A stretch of 64,000 nt of DNA from Phoronis australis (Eukaryota > Animalia > Phoronida), in contig NMRA01000595.1 of the NCBI GenBank assembly GCA_002633005.1, forward strand, positions 194,225 to 258,224, written 5' to 3'. Every line of letters starts with the position of its first letter. Positions within the stretch are counted from its first letter, which is position 1. Both the position numbers and the translations under genes were made by a program. Shown piece by piece: positions 1 through 13,400 of the stretch. The notes beneath the pieces are model-generated. The model made no database searches. It was not told where the DNA came from and worked only from the letters and a program-made list of their open reading frames with translations.

Positions 1-1346
1 GGTTATAGCCTAACACTTCTTTCAAAGCTGCGCCGCCCATGTTGTATCAAGAATATTCGACTGACAACTCGCGTACTTCCTTGTGACAATTTGGGCATGC
101 ACTATACATGTATATTACAATAACTCTATTTGGTCCAAATCGGTTGTTAAGAAAACCACTGTTTTTAATCACTTTTCCAAAGTGCAACCCTTCTAAAAAG
201 CCCTTCGCAACACAAATTTAGACATCATAAACTTGGCGAGACATTACGAAATCTATACTACCTTTTTGAAATCCTTAAAAAGTCAAGTAAACACCAAGGC
301 TTCTATACTGCAGCCAACTTAAAAATGACAAAAACAGTGGCAGCGTACACAACACCTGATGTACCGGCAGTCGACGTTGCCATACGAGGTTAGATGCAGA
401 TACATGTAGGTCGAGCCCAACATCTGTGAATTAATAGGATGGCCAAGATGCTTAACGTTGAATAATCCCGTGTCATCTGCGTTGATTGTAGCTCAAAATG
501 CTATGGTTATACGCTGCGTAGTTTGAAACCTCTTTTACCTTTACCCATGGTCAAAGTGGTACATGTAGGAAGCGAGCGACACCGTGGTGAGCGCACTGTA
601 TTCATGAAGAAGTCTAACGGGGAGGGGGTAAATTACATGTACATTGTACACTGTATGTCATCTGCGGAGGGGTGTTTAAGGTGGATATTGTGAAAGATCG
701 CTGCACTAAACTACCTCCATTACGATATGCATTCTATGACACCAAAATGTCTATCAATGAAAAATGTCGGCAATAAGCAAACAAGTAGGCATCCAGGACA
801 TGCTTTTTCGTAGATTTTTCGAATCAACGTCCAAACGTGCATCTCTTTGGCCAAATAACACCTTTCAAAACATTTGCAAAAGACCGGCCGGTACACGAAA
901 TGTAGAAAAGGTACAAATTGATTTCTGCTATGAGGAATCATTTGTTACACTGCTTAAAGATTGTATTTACAGTGTACATTGTTTTGAGTTAAACAGACTT
1001 TGCAATCTACTGCATAGCAGTTAGATTAAATTGAAATTATAACAAAAATGTGAGGGACAAAAATAGTCACTAAACATGTGTATAGACCACGTAACAGCAC
1101 CACATTTTTATGGAAATTTTTCTTTCTAACATTTTATTAAATATCGCACTGTAAACCTTCGCGCACATAGAAGCGATGAATAATACACATCCCTGTTTTA
1201 TATTCGAATCACTAAATGTATAACCACGAATTTCAGGAACATATCTAATGGAGACGTGACAGCAAAACCCTAGTCTCCCACAAATTATACTACATGTTTC
1301 AGTACTTTGTGTATGTTGTGTTTTAATTCAAAAGTGGTTCGATTAC

Positions 1347-1442
1347 CTTATCATCCACCTTTGCTCCATTGTCCAACAATAACTCCACCATCTTGACGTC
1401 ATCTCTTCGAATTGACCAGTGTAGAGGGGAATTATTGAGCCA
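1347..1442 (-). CDS. Ankyrin-repeat exon, 96 nt (WLNNSPLHWSIRRDDVKMVELLLDNGAKVDDK)
   Basis: ttcacag acceptor and gtaatc donor, phase 0/0; SPLH and MVELLLDNGA motifs. Confidence 0.88.
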
Positions 1443-4400
1443 CTGTGAATTAAAATAGTACCTATGCTTACTGATCGGCCATTGTACGTAAATTTACAAC
1501 TGTTCCTATGCCAAGTGTATCAATACCCGTTTTAAGATACAAGGGCTGAATTTCAACCAATTTTCAACGTCTGCTTTGTAAACCTCACACAACATACATG
1601 ACGCGTTAACAAATTGACAAATACGTGATGGTAAATATCACGAAGACAGCTGTTGACAGTAAATACAAACATCAATCTTTCGAAAATTCAATATATTACG
1701 TCTTCGTACTCAAGTCACTCTTGACTGACACATATAAAGGGCAGAGAGTCTTCAGAAAAACACTTTCGTCTTATTTTCACTTTCGACGGTATTTTTCCAT
1801 TGTACAGCGTCTTTTTGGTGAAACATTTCATGACCGTACATGTATCTAGAATATTCCCCTGACATATCTTACGTCGTTGTGAATATTTGCCCCGCGGTGA
1901 CAATTTAGGCCTGCACTATACAGTGCAATAACTCTATTTGGTCCAAAAACGGTTATTAAGAAAACCCTCTATTAAAAATGTGCAATCTTTCTAAAAAACA
2001 CTTCGCAACACAATTTCAGACATCATTTGAACTAAACACGTACTATTCATTGATAAACCATCGTTTATGTAAAAAGAAACTCAAGTTGTCTCAATGATAA
2101 ATGACACACATGTAGTATAGTTTGGCTTAATTAATGAATGACTTAGCATTGTTCGGTAGAATCAAAACACTTAATACCCCACACGGATAGTGTTCGTCGC
2201 CAGTCAAATTTTTGACATTATCATCCAATAGGTGTAAAGCCTTACTCAATAAGCATAATTATTATAAAAATTCACGGGACGGCGCAAATATTTTTGTTTG
2301 GCAAACATTTCGAAAATGATATTGCCGATCGATCTTCCTTATTACCTTATTAGGGTCTGCTCCATGCTCTATCAGCAGCTGCACCATTTCGCGGTTGCCT
2401 GTTACCACTGTATACTCCAGTGCGCGGAGTCCTAACCGTCGAATAACCTGAAGAATCAATAACAAAACACAACTACAAAGTGTAAGGACATGCAATGCAA
2501 ATAAACCAGCGTAGTGAAAAGGTAATAAAAAATACAAAGGAAATTTATTGATAATTCAATTGCAACGTTTTACAACAACAAACAATTGCAGCTTAAAATG
2601 CAAATAAACTCGAAATGCACAACTTGCAGGCCTAAATGAACTGGAAATCCTTACCCTGCCTACATTTGTCTTGAAAGAGATGAACAGGGAAAAAACAAAA
2701 GCATCAAAAGCGTTGGCTTTCTGCTGTACCGGCGTGCTTTGCACTCCTAAATAACACACACCTTTCTGTTTGATTGCATTGTGTGTATACTCAGTTGCTA
2801 GGTTACCATCACGTCCACAGGTTTGTTTAGTGCCTTTTTTCATCCACCAGTCCTTATATGGCGATTGATACAGATAATTTTGTTTTATATGGATTCTGAA
2901 AGTGTTGTTATAAATGAAAGCGATGTGCGACAGACGACGTTTGCGTAAACAAACACGTAATGTACTATTTTGATCTATAGTTTTTAATCATCATAGTACT
3001 CAAAAAGTGCCCATCTATCATATGATGACAAAACGCCCCAGTGGCAACAATCGAAGGTAGACATAACGTACTGAACTACGCGTTTGTCCGCTGAAATACG
3101 CGCAAAACTATTACAAGCAAGCAGCCGCTTATAGAACGGAGGTGGGGTGGCACAGGACCACGGCCCAGGGCATCCATATTAGGAAGTATCCAATCGATAA
3201 ATAAGCTTTTGTAAGTTGTGATTCATTTTTAGTTAACGTGTATAAAGTTTCTTTTTTATGTTTCATTTTTTGCTTGTGTTAGTACTTATGGGTGCATGCA
3301 TTTGAGTAGAGAAGGCCGCCCAATAAAAAATCGGCCTGGGCATCACCAAACCTCTGCACGCTATTGCTAGGATCAACTCTCAAACGTTGCCGTTGGCATC
3401 CACTAATTGTTTGAGGAAGTGGATGAGGTCTTCGTAGTTTGACGTAAACTCTTCAACAATAACGGATTAAATATTACATCTTCTATTTCGTGTTGTAAAG
3501 ACCCGTTTGTATTTTGGGCGGCGCGTCATCGGAGACTGGGAGGGGAGGAGACGGCGCCAGAGCCAACACTTTTTCAGTGCTGCACCACCCATGGTATATG
3601 GGGGGCTGGGAGTTATAGCCCAACTCTTTTTTCAAAGCGGCGCGTCTCAAGTTGTATCAAGAATATTCGACTGACAACTCACTCGAGACCTTGTGGCAAT
3701 TTGGGCATGCACTTGTATACTGTATTACAATAATTCTATTTGGTCGAAATCGGTTGTTAAGAAAACCACTGTTTTTAATCACTTTTCAAAAGTGCAACCC
3801 TTCTAAAAAGCCCTTCGCAACACAAATTTAGACATCATAAACTTGGCGAGACATTACGAAATCTATACTACTTTTTTGAAATCCTTAAAAAGTCAAGCAA
3901 ACACCAAGGCTTCTATACTGCAGCCAACTTATAAATGATAAAAACAGTGGCAGCGTACACAACACCTGATGTACCGGCAGTCGACGTTGCCATCCGAGGT
4001 TAGATGCAGATACATGTAGGTCGAGCCCAACATCTGTGAGTTAATAAGATGGCCAAGATGCTTAACGATGAATAATCCTTTGTCATCTGCGTTGATTGTA
4101 GCTCAAAACGCGATGACAAAAACTATTTGATATTCATTAAATAAAACAACAAACCAGATTTTCTTTAAGAATGACGATGTTCTTAGCAACATCCTAACTG
4201 AATATTGGAGGACATTGCTAAGGATTTGAATGAGTGACAAGCTAAAGCTTTGCTAGCGCAAAATTTTTCTTTTTGGAACGTGTCCTTAATTATTTCGGCA
4301 ATTCATGCATCAGTGAAAGGTTCAACCTTTTACGTCAACTTTTGATCTAAACGAAATAGAAAAACGACTAATCCGAAAGGGAGAGGCGAAATTAATAAAG

Positions 4401-7400
4401 ATTCATTACGATCCAAACTGGTATTGTGCTGCTGCGGGAAAGAATTGGTATCAAACAGGAAAATGGGAACACGCAAACTGGGCTGAGTTTCGTAGATGCA
4501 AGAATCTCTCGAAGGAAACGAGTGTCATCACATGCTTCAAGTGTAAAACGTAGCGATATTTTGCGAAGTCTTCCATGATCTTCAAAATGCTATTTCTCTA
4601 AGTTCACGCTTCTACGGACCGCAAAACACACGTGATACAACTGGCTTAGACAGGAGTGTTCAACAGCGGGACTACTTATAAATAATATTAGGAAACAATT
4701 TCGATAAAACGGCATTGTTTTAAAGAGTAATAAATAATGGACAGGATTTCTAAATAACGCTACACAGCTGATAGGGAATAATGAGAGAAGCAATCAACAA
4801 AGCTCTTACTAGTCAATAAGACTCCTTCAAAAATCACGTGATTGCTGCAACTCTAGATATGTAGTGTGAATAAGAAGCTGTGGCCGAACAAACTTTTGTC
4901 GTGACCTGTGTCACGTGAATCTAACTATTTAAAAATGATCTGATTATAAGAGAAAAAATTCGTATGTGGTTATAGGTCACCGACTTTGGAACTGCATGTG
5001 ATATCGGATTTCATATTATCATCCATTGGCCCGTTCAATTGTTTGCAAAGTTGAAATTCACTTCTCCAAATGTTTAGGTAGCTTTTGAACTCTGCTAGTT
5101 AAAATAAACAGCTGCTGATTGGCTAGAGGGTCCCAAGTGATTCAAAGGTGATGCACGTGAAGTTAATCGCTACACTTACTTTTGCCATGAATATAATAAA
5201 AGATTCGGCTTGTTGTCTTACATTCTTGTGTCTGATTGCGTGAATCAGTTCTAATTCAGATCCATTCAATCTTTCTTTGTTCAGTGTTGTCGCAGTTTCG
5301 CAATAAGGGCCAATTCGCTAATCAGTTTACAGGCCTGCTCTGTTTAAGTGAATAATTTATGCTAAATTATTGCCGACGCCATCTGCTAAGCCCAATATAT
5401 TTAAAATAATAAAAATCCATTCATTGAAGAATTAAAGAATTTTGATGAAAGACAACAATTCCTTTCTTTATGAGTACTGCTGTTTTAATAATACATCATT
5501 TGAACTAAACAAATATTTATTGATAAATCTTCATTTATGTTTAAAGAAACCCAAGTATGATGACTGAAGTTGTCTCAAAGACAAATGACACACATGTAGT
5601 ATAATTTGGCTTAAATAATGAATGACTTAGCATTGTTCGTTAGAATCAAAACACTTAATACCCCACACGAATAGTGCTCGTCGTCAGTCAAATTTTTGAC
5701 ATTATCATCCAAAATGTGTAAAGCCTAACTGAATAAGTATAATTAAAATAAAAATTCACGGGACGGCGCAAAAATTTTTGTTTAGCAAACATTTCGAAAA
5801 TGAAATTGCAAATCGATCTTCTTTATTACCTGATTAGGGTCTGCTCCACGCTCTAACAGCACCTGCACCGTTTCGAGTTTGCCTCTGGATATTGCAAACT
5901 CCAGTACATTTTGCCCAAACAGCCGAGAAACCTAAAGAATCAAAAACAAAACACATTTTTAAAAGTGTAAGGACATGCAATGCAAATAAACCAGCGTATT
6001 AAAAAGGTAATAAAAAGTACAAAGCAAATTTATCTATAATTCAATTGCAACGTTTTACATCAACAAACAATTGCAGCTTAAAATGCAAATAAACACGAAA
6101 TGCACAACTTTCAGGCCTAAATGAACTGGAAAACCTTACCCTGCCTACATTTGTCTTGAAAGAGATGAACAGGGAAAAAACAAAAGCATCAAAAGCGTTG
6201 GCTTTCTGCTGGACCGGCGTGCTTTGCTCTCCTAAATAACACAAACCTTTCTGTTTGATTGCATTGTGTGTATACTCAGTTGCTAGGTTACCATCACGTC
6301 CACAGGTTTGTATAGTACCTTTTTTCATCCACCAGTCCTTATATGGCGATTAATACAGATAATTTTGTTTTACATGGATTCTGACAGTGTTGTAATAAAT
6401 GAAAGCGATGTGCGACAGACGACGTTTGCGGAAACAGACACGTAATGTACTATTTTGATCTATAGTTTTTAATCATCATAGTACTCAAAAAGTGCCCATC
6501 TATCATATGATGACAAAACGGCCCAGTGACAACAATCGAAGGTAGACATAACGTACTGAACTACGCGTTTGTCCGCTGAAATACGCGCAAAACTATTACA
6601 AGCAAGCAGCAGCTTACAGAACGGAGGTGGGGTGGCACAGGACCACGGCCCAGGGCATCCATATTAGGAAGTATCCAATCGATAAATAAGCTTTTGTAAG
6701 TTGTGATTCATTTTTAGTTATCGTGTATAAAGTTTCTTTTTTATGTTTCATTTTTTGCTTGTGTTAGTACTTAAGGGTGCATGCATTTGAGTAGAGAAGG
6801 CCGCCTAATAAAAAATCGGCCTGGGCATCACCAAACCTCTGCACGTTATTGCTAGGATAAACTCTCAAACGTTGGCGTTGGCATCCACTAATTGTTTGAG
6901 GAAGTGGATGAGGTCTTCGTAGTTTGACGTAAACTCTTCAGCAATAACGGATTAAATATTACATCTTCTATTTCGTGTTGTAAAGACCCGTTTGTATTTT
7001 GGGCGGCACAGCATAGGAGACTGGGAGGGGAGGGGACGGCGCCAGAGCCAACACTTTTTCAGTGCTGCACCACCCATGGTATGTGGGGGGCTGTGGGTTA
7101 TAGCCTAACTCTTTTTTCAAAGCTGCGCCGCCCATGTTGTATCAAGAATATTCTACTGACAACTCACTCGAGACCTTGTGGCAATTTGGGCATGCACTAT
7201 ACATGTATATTATAATAACTCTATTTGGTCCAAATCGGTGATTAAGAAGACCACTGTTTTTAATCACTTTTCAAAAGTGCAACCCTTCTAAAAAGCCCTT
7301 CGCAACACAAATTTAGACATCATAAACTTGGCGAGACATTACGAAATCTATACTACTTTTTTGAAATCCTTAAAAAGTCAAGCAAACACCAAGACTTCTA

Positions 7401-10400
7401 TACTGCAGCCAACTTAAAAGTGATAAAAACAGTGGCAGCGTACACAACACCTGATGTACCGGCAGTCGACGTTGCCATACGAGGTTAGATGCAGATACAT
7501 GTAGGTCGAGCCCAACATCTGTGAGTTAATAAGATGGCCAAGATGCTTAACGATGAATAATCCTTTGCCATCTGCGTTGATTGTAGCTCAAAACGCGATG
7601 ACAAAAACTTTTTGATATTCATTAAATAAAACAACAAACCAGATTTTCTTTAAGAATGACGATGTTCTTAGTAACATCCTAACTGATTATTGGAGGACAT
7701 TATTGAAGATTTGAATGAGTGACTAACTAAAGCTTCACTAGGGCTAAGTTATCTTTTTGGAACGTGTCCTTAATTATTTCGGCAATTGATGCATCAGTGA
7801 AAGGTTCAACATTTTAGGTCAACTTTTGACCTAAACAAAATAAAAAAAACGACTAATCCGAAAGGGAGAGGCGAAATTAATAAAGATTCATTAAGATCGA
7901 AACTGGTATTGTGCTGCTGCGGGACTGAATTTGTATCAAACAGGAAAATGGGAACACACAAAACTGAGCTGAGTTTCCTAGATGCAAGAATCTCTCGAAG
8001 GAAACGCGTGTCATCACATGCTTCAAGTGTAAAACGTAGCGATATTTTGCGAAGTCTTCCATAATCTTCAGTTGCTATTTCTCGAAGTTCTCGCTTCTAC
8101 GGAACGCACAACACACGAGATACAACTGGCTTAGCCAGGAGTGTTCAACAGCGGGACTACTTATAAATAATATTAGGAAACAATTTCGATAAAACGGCTT
8201 TGTTTTAAAGAGTAATAAAAAGTGGACAGGATTTCTAAATATCGCTACACCGCTGATAGGGTATAATGAGAGAAGCAATCAACAAAGCTCTTACTAGTCA
8301 ATAAGGCTCCTTCAAAAATCACGTGACTGCTGCAACTCTAGATATGTAGTGTGAGTAAGAAGCTGCAGCCGAACAAACTTTTGTCGAGACCTGTGTCACG
8401 TGAATCTAACTATTCAAAAATGATCTGATTATAAGAGAACAAAAATTCGTATATGGTTATAGGTCACCGACTTTGGAACTGCATGTGATATCGGATTTCA
8501 TATTATCATCCATTGGCCCGTTCAATTGTTTGCAAAGTTGAAATTCACTTCTCCAAATGTTTAAGTAGCTTTTGAACTCTGCTAGTTAAAATAAACAGCT
8601 GCTGATTGGCTAGAGGGTCCCAAGTGATTCAAAGGTGATGCACGTGAAGTTAATCGCTACACTAACCATTGCCATGAATATAATAAAAGATTCGGCTTGT
8701 TGTCTTACATTCTTGTGTCTGATTGCGTGAATCAGTTCTAATTCAGATCCATTCAATCTTTCTTTGTTCAGTGTTGTCGCAGTTTCGCAATAAGGGCCAA
8801 TTCACTAATCAGTTTACAGGCCTGCTCTGTTTAAGTGAATAATTTATGCTAAATTATTGCCGACGCCATCTGCTAAGCCCAATATATTTAAAATAATAAA
8901 AATCCATTCATTGAAGAATTAAAGAATTTTGATGAAAGACAACAATTCCTTTCTTTATGAGTACTGCTGTTTTAATAATACATCATTTGAACTAAACAAA
9001 TATTTATTGATAAATCTTCATTTATGTTTAAAGAAACCCAAGTATGATGACTGAAGTTGTCTCAAAGACAAATGACACACATGTAGTATAATTTGGCTTA
9101 AATAATGAATGACTTAGCATTGTTCGTTAGAATCAAAACACTTAATACCCCACACGAATAGTGCTCGTCGTCAGTCAAATTTTTGACATTATCATCCAAA
9201 ATGTGTAAAGCCTAACTGAATAAGTATAATTAAAATAAAAATTCACGGGACGGCGCAAAAATTTTTGTTTAGCAAACATTTCGAAAATGAAATTGCAAAT
9301 CGATCTTCTTTATTACCTGATTAGGGTCTGCTCCACGCTCTGACAGCACCGGCACCGCTTCGAGTTTGCCTCTGGATATTCGATACTCCAGTACATCTTG
9401 CCCAAACAGCCGAGAAATCTAAAGAATTAATAACAAAACACAACTACAAAAGTTTAAGGACATGCAATTCAAATAAACCAGCGTCATAAAAGGTAATAAA
9501 AAGTACAAAGCAAATTTATTTATAATTCAATTGCAACGTTTTACATCAACAAACAATTGCAGCTTAAAATGCAAATAAACTCGAAATGCACAACTTGCAG
9601 GCCTAAATGAACTGGAAAACCTTACCCTGCCTACATTTGTCTTGAAAGAGATGAACAGGGAAAAAACAAAAGCATCAAAAGCGTTGGCTTTCTGCTGGAC
9701 CGGCGTGCTTTGCTCTCCTAAATAACACAAACCTTTCTGTTTGATTGCATGGTGTGTATACTCAGTTGCTAGGTTACCATCACGTCCACAGGTTTGTATA
9801 GTACCTTTTTTCATCCACCAGTCCTTATATGGCGATTAATACAGATAATTTTGTTTTATATGGATTCTGAAAGTGTTGTATTAAATGAAAGCGATGTGCG
9901 ACAGACGACGTTTGCGTAAACAAACACGTAATGTACTATTTTGATCTATAGTTTTTAATCATCATAGTACTCAAAAAGTGCTCATCTATCATATGATGAC
10001 AAAACGCCCCAGTGGCAACAATCGAAGGTAGACATAACGTACTGAACTACGCGTTTGTTCACTGAAATACGCGCAAAACTATTACAAGCAAGCAGCCGCT
10101 TACAGAACGGAGGTGGGGTGGCACAGGACCACGGCCCAGGGCATCCATATTAGGAAGTATCCAATCGATAAATAAGCTTTTGTAAGTTGTGATTCATTTT
10201 TAGTTAACGTGTATAAAGTTTCTTTTTATGTTTCATTTTTTGCTGGTGTTAGTACTTAAGGGTGCATGCATTTGAGTAGAGAAGGCCGCCCAATAAAAAA
10301 TCGCCCTGGGCATCACCAAACCTCTGCACGTTATTGCTAGGATAAACTCTCAAACGTTGCCGTTGGCATCCACTAATTGTTTGATGAAGTGGATGAGGTC

Positions 10401-13400
10401 TTCGCAGTTTGACGTAAACTCTTCAGCAACAACGGATTAAATATTACATCTTCTATTTCGTGTTGTAAAGACCCGTTTGTATTTTGGGCGGCGCAGCATA
10501 GGAGACTGGGAGGGGAGGGGACGGCGCAAGATCCAACACTTTTTCAGTGCTGCACCACCCATGGTATATGGGGGGCTGGGGGTTATAGACTAACTCTTTT
10601 TTCAAAGCGGCGCGTCTCATGTTGTATCAAGAATATTCTACTGACAAGTCACGTGAGACCTTGTGACAATTTGGGCATGCACTATACATGTATATTATAA
10701 TAACTCTATTTGGTCCAAATCGGTCATTAAGAAAACCACTGTTTTTAATCACTTTTCAAAAGTGCAACCCTTCTAAAAAGCCCTTTGCAACACAAATTTA
10801 GACATCAAAAACTTGGCGAGACATTACGAAATCTATACTACTTTTTTGAAATCCTTAAAAAGTCAAGCAAACGCGAAGACTTCTATACTGCAGCCAACTT
10901 AAAAGTGATAAAAACATTGGCAGCGTACACAACACCTAATGTACCGGCAGTCGACGTTGCCATACGAGGTTAGATGCAGATACATGTAGGTCGAGCCCAA
11001 CATCTGTGAGTTAATAAGATGGCCAAGATGCTTAACGATGAATAATCCTTTGCCATCTGCGTTGATTGTAGCTCAAAACGCGATGACAAAAACTATTTGA
11101 TATTCATTAAATAAAACAACAAACCAGATTTTCTTTAAGAATGACGATGTTCTTAGTAACATACTAACTGATTATTGGAGGACATTATTGAAGATTTGAA
11201 TGAGTGACTAACTAAAGCTTCACTAGGGCTAAGTTTTCTTTTTGGAACGTGACCTTAATTATTTCGGCAATTTATGCATCAGTGAAAGGTTCAACATTTT
11301 AGGTCAACTTTTGACCTAAACAAAATAAAAAAAACGACTAATCCGAAAGGGAGTGGCGAAATTAATAAAGATTCATTAAGATAGAAACTGGTATTGTGCT
11401 GCTGCGGGACTGAATTTGTATCAAACAGGAAAATGGGAACACACAAAACTGAGCTGAGTTTCCTAGATGCAAGAATCTCTCGAAGGAAACGCGTGTCATC
11501 ACATGCTTCAAGTATAAAACGTAGCGATATTTTGCGAAGTCTTCCATAATCTTCAGTTGCTATTTCTCTAAGTTCTCGCTTCTACGTGATACAACTGGCT
11601 TAGCCAGGAGTGTTCAACAGCGGGACTACTTATAAATAATATTAGGAAACAATTTCGATAAAACGGCTTTGTTTTAAAGAGTAGTAAAAAGTGGACAGGA
11701 TTTCTAAATAACGCTACCCCGCTGATAGGGTATAATGAGAGAAGCAATCAACAAAGCTCTTACTAGTCAATAAGGCTCCTTCAAAAATAACGTGACTGCT
11801 GCAACTCTAGATATGTAGTGTGAGTAAGAAGCTGCGGCCGAACAAACTTTTGTCGAGACCTGTGTCACGTGAATCTAACTATCCAAAAATGATCTGACTA
11901 TAGGAGAACAAAAATTCATATATGGTTATAGGTCACCGACTTTGGAACTGCATGTGATATCGGATTTCATATTATCATCCATTGGCCCGTTCAATTGTTT
12001 GCAAAGTTGAAATTCACTTCTCCAAATGTTTAGGTAGCTTTTGAACTCTGCTAGTTAAAATAAACAGCTGCTGATTGGCTAGAGGGTCCCAAGTGATTCA
12101 AATGTGATGCACGTGAAGTTAATCGCTACACTAACCATTGCCATGAATATAATAAAAGATTCGGCTTGTTGTCTTACATTCTTGTATCTCATTGCGTGAA
12201 TCAGTTCTAATTCAGATCCATTCAATCTTTCTTTGTTCAGTGTTGTTGCAGTTTCGCAATAAGGGCCAATTCACTAATCAGTTTACAGGCCTACTCCGTT
12301 TAAGTGAATAATTTATGCTAAATTATTGCCGGCGCCATCTGCGAAGCCCAATACATTTAAAATAATAAAAATCCATTCATTGCAGAATTATGAATTTTGA
12401 TGAAAGACAACAATTCCTTTCTTTATGAGTACTGCTGTTTTAATAATACATTATTTGAACTAAACAAATATTTATTTATAAATCGTCATTTATGTTTAAA
12501 GGCGAAGGCAACCTTTTTCCATGTCATTTTGAGCTAAAATAAGGTTGGTTGGTTATCCTAGACATATTTTCTACTTAATTACAGCTTTTCGTAATTTATT
12601 AATTACTCGTCCGCTACTCCGGAAGTGACGTTTTAGGAGGCAAGCATTTCGCGCCAATTTCTTTTCATATAGTCTGATTGTGAGAGCTGCCGAGTCAGTC
12701 ATTGTTCTACCTCGCTTGTGTTAAGTTCCGTCGTCGTTTGCTTTCATTTACTAGTCAGACAACATGCCACACTGTTGCTACGTACCAGGATGTACTATTT
12801 ATCGGCTCACGCGCGCTTTGGTAGTACCTTTCCATCGCTTTCCGATGGATGACACACTTCGCCGTACTTGGCTCGTTCGTGTGAAGAACGCAGCGTTACC
12901 CGTCCACGCAACGTACATGTACAAAGCAGTGGAGAATTCCGTGTGTGTGGCAAGCACTTTCTGCCGTCCGATTACGAAAGGGATCTGTACGCTGAACTGA
13001 TGAAGGTCCCTGTGAAACAACTTCTGAAGAAAGATGCCATTCCGTCTGTGTTGATTCCCGGCAGTGCCCCGTCGCCACCCCCGAGAAGTGAGTTTTTGAA
13101 ACGAGAAGCCTCGCGAGCTGTGGCCAGTACAGTGACTGGAGCCAGTGGAGGCACTTTATCTACTGTCACCCGTGCCTCCGAACGTACCCCAGAGCGTGCA
13201 ATTCCTGGAACCAGTAGTGATTCGCACTGTGCTGTTTTCTCCAGCCCAGAGCCTCTAAGCAGCCCTGCAGCGATATCGAGTAGTGGGAGTGATTACAGGC
13301 CCAGTTCGACACCCAGTGAAGAGGACAGTTCGTCGTCCAGTGAACAGATCGGTGAGCCAAACTTTGATAAGTTTATTGTGGACTTGTCTAAAGTGTTGGA

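Noticed and set aside
340-420. Minus-strand LHLTSYGNVDC resembling an ankyrin fragment (repeated in each unit)
   Set aside because: No second helix or GA motif and no flanking splice sites
2556-9814. Recurrent 95-aa ORFs (2556, 6041, 9527) and 61-67-aa ORFs (4590, 7877, 8075, 11362)
   Set aside because: Intronic parts of the tandem unit; they recur only because the DNA is duplicated, show no domain motif, and are not open in every copy
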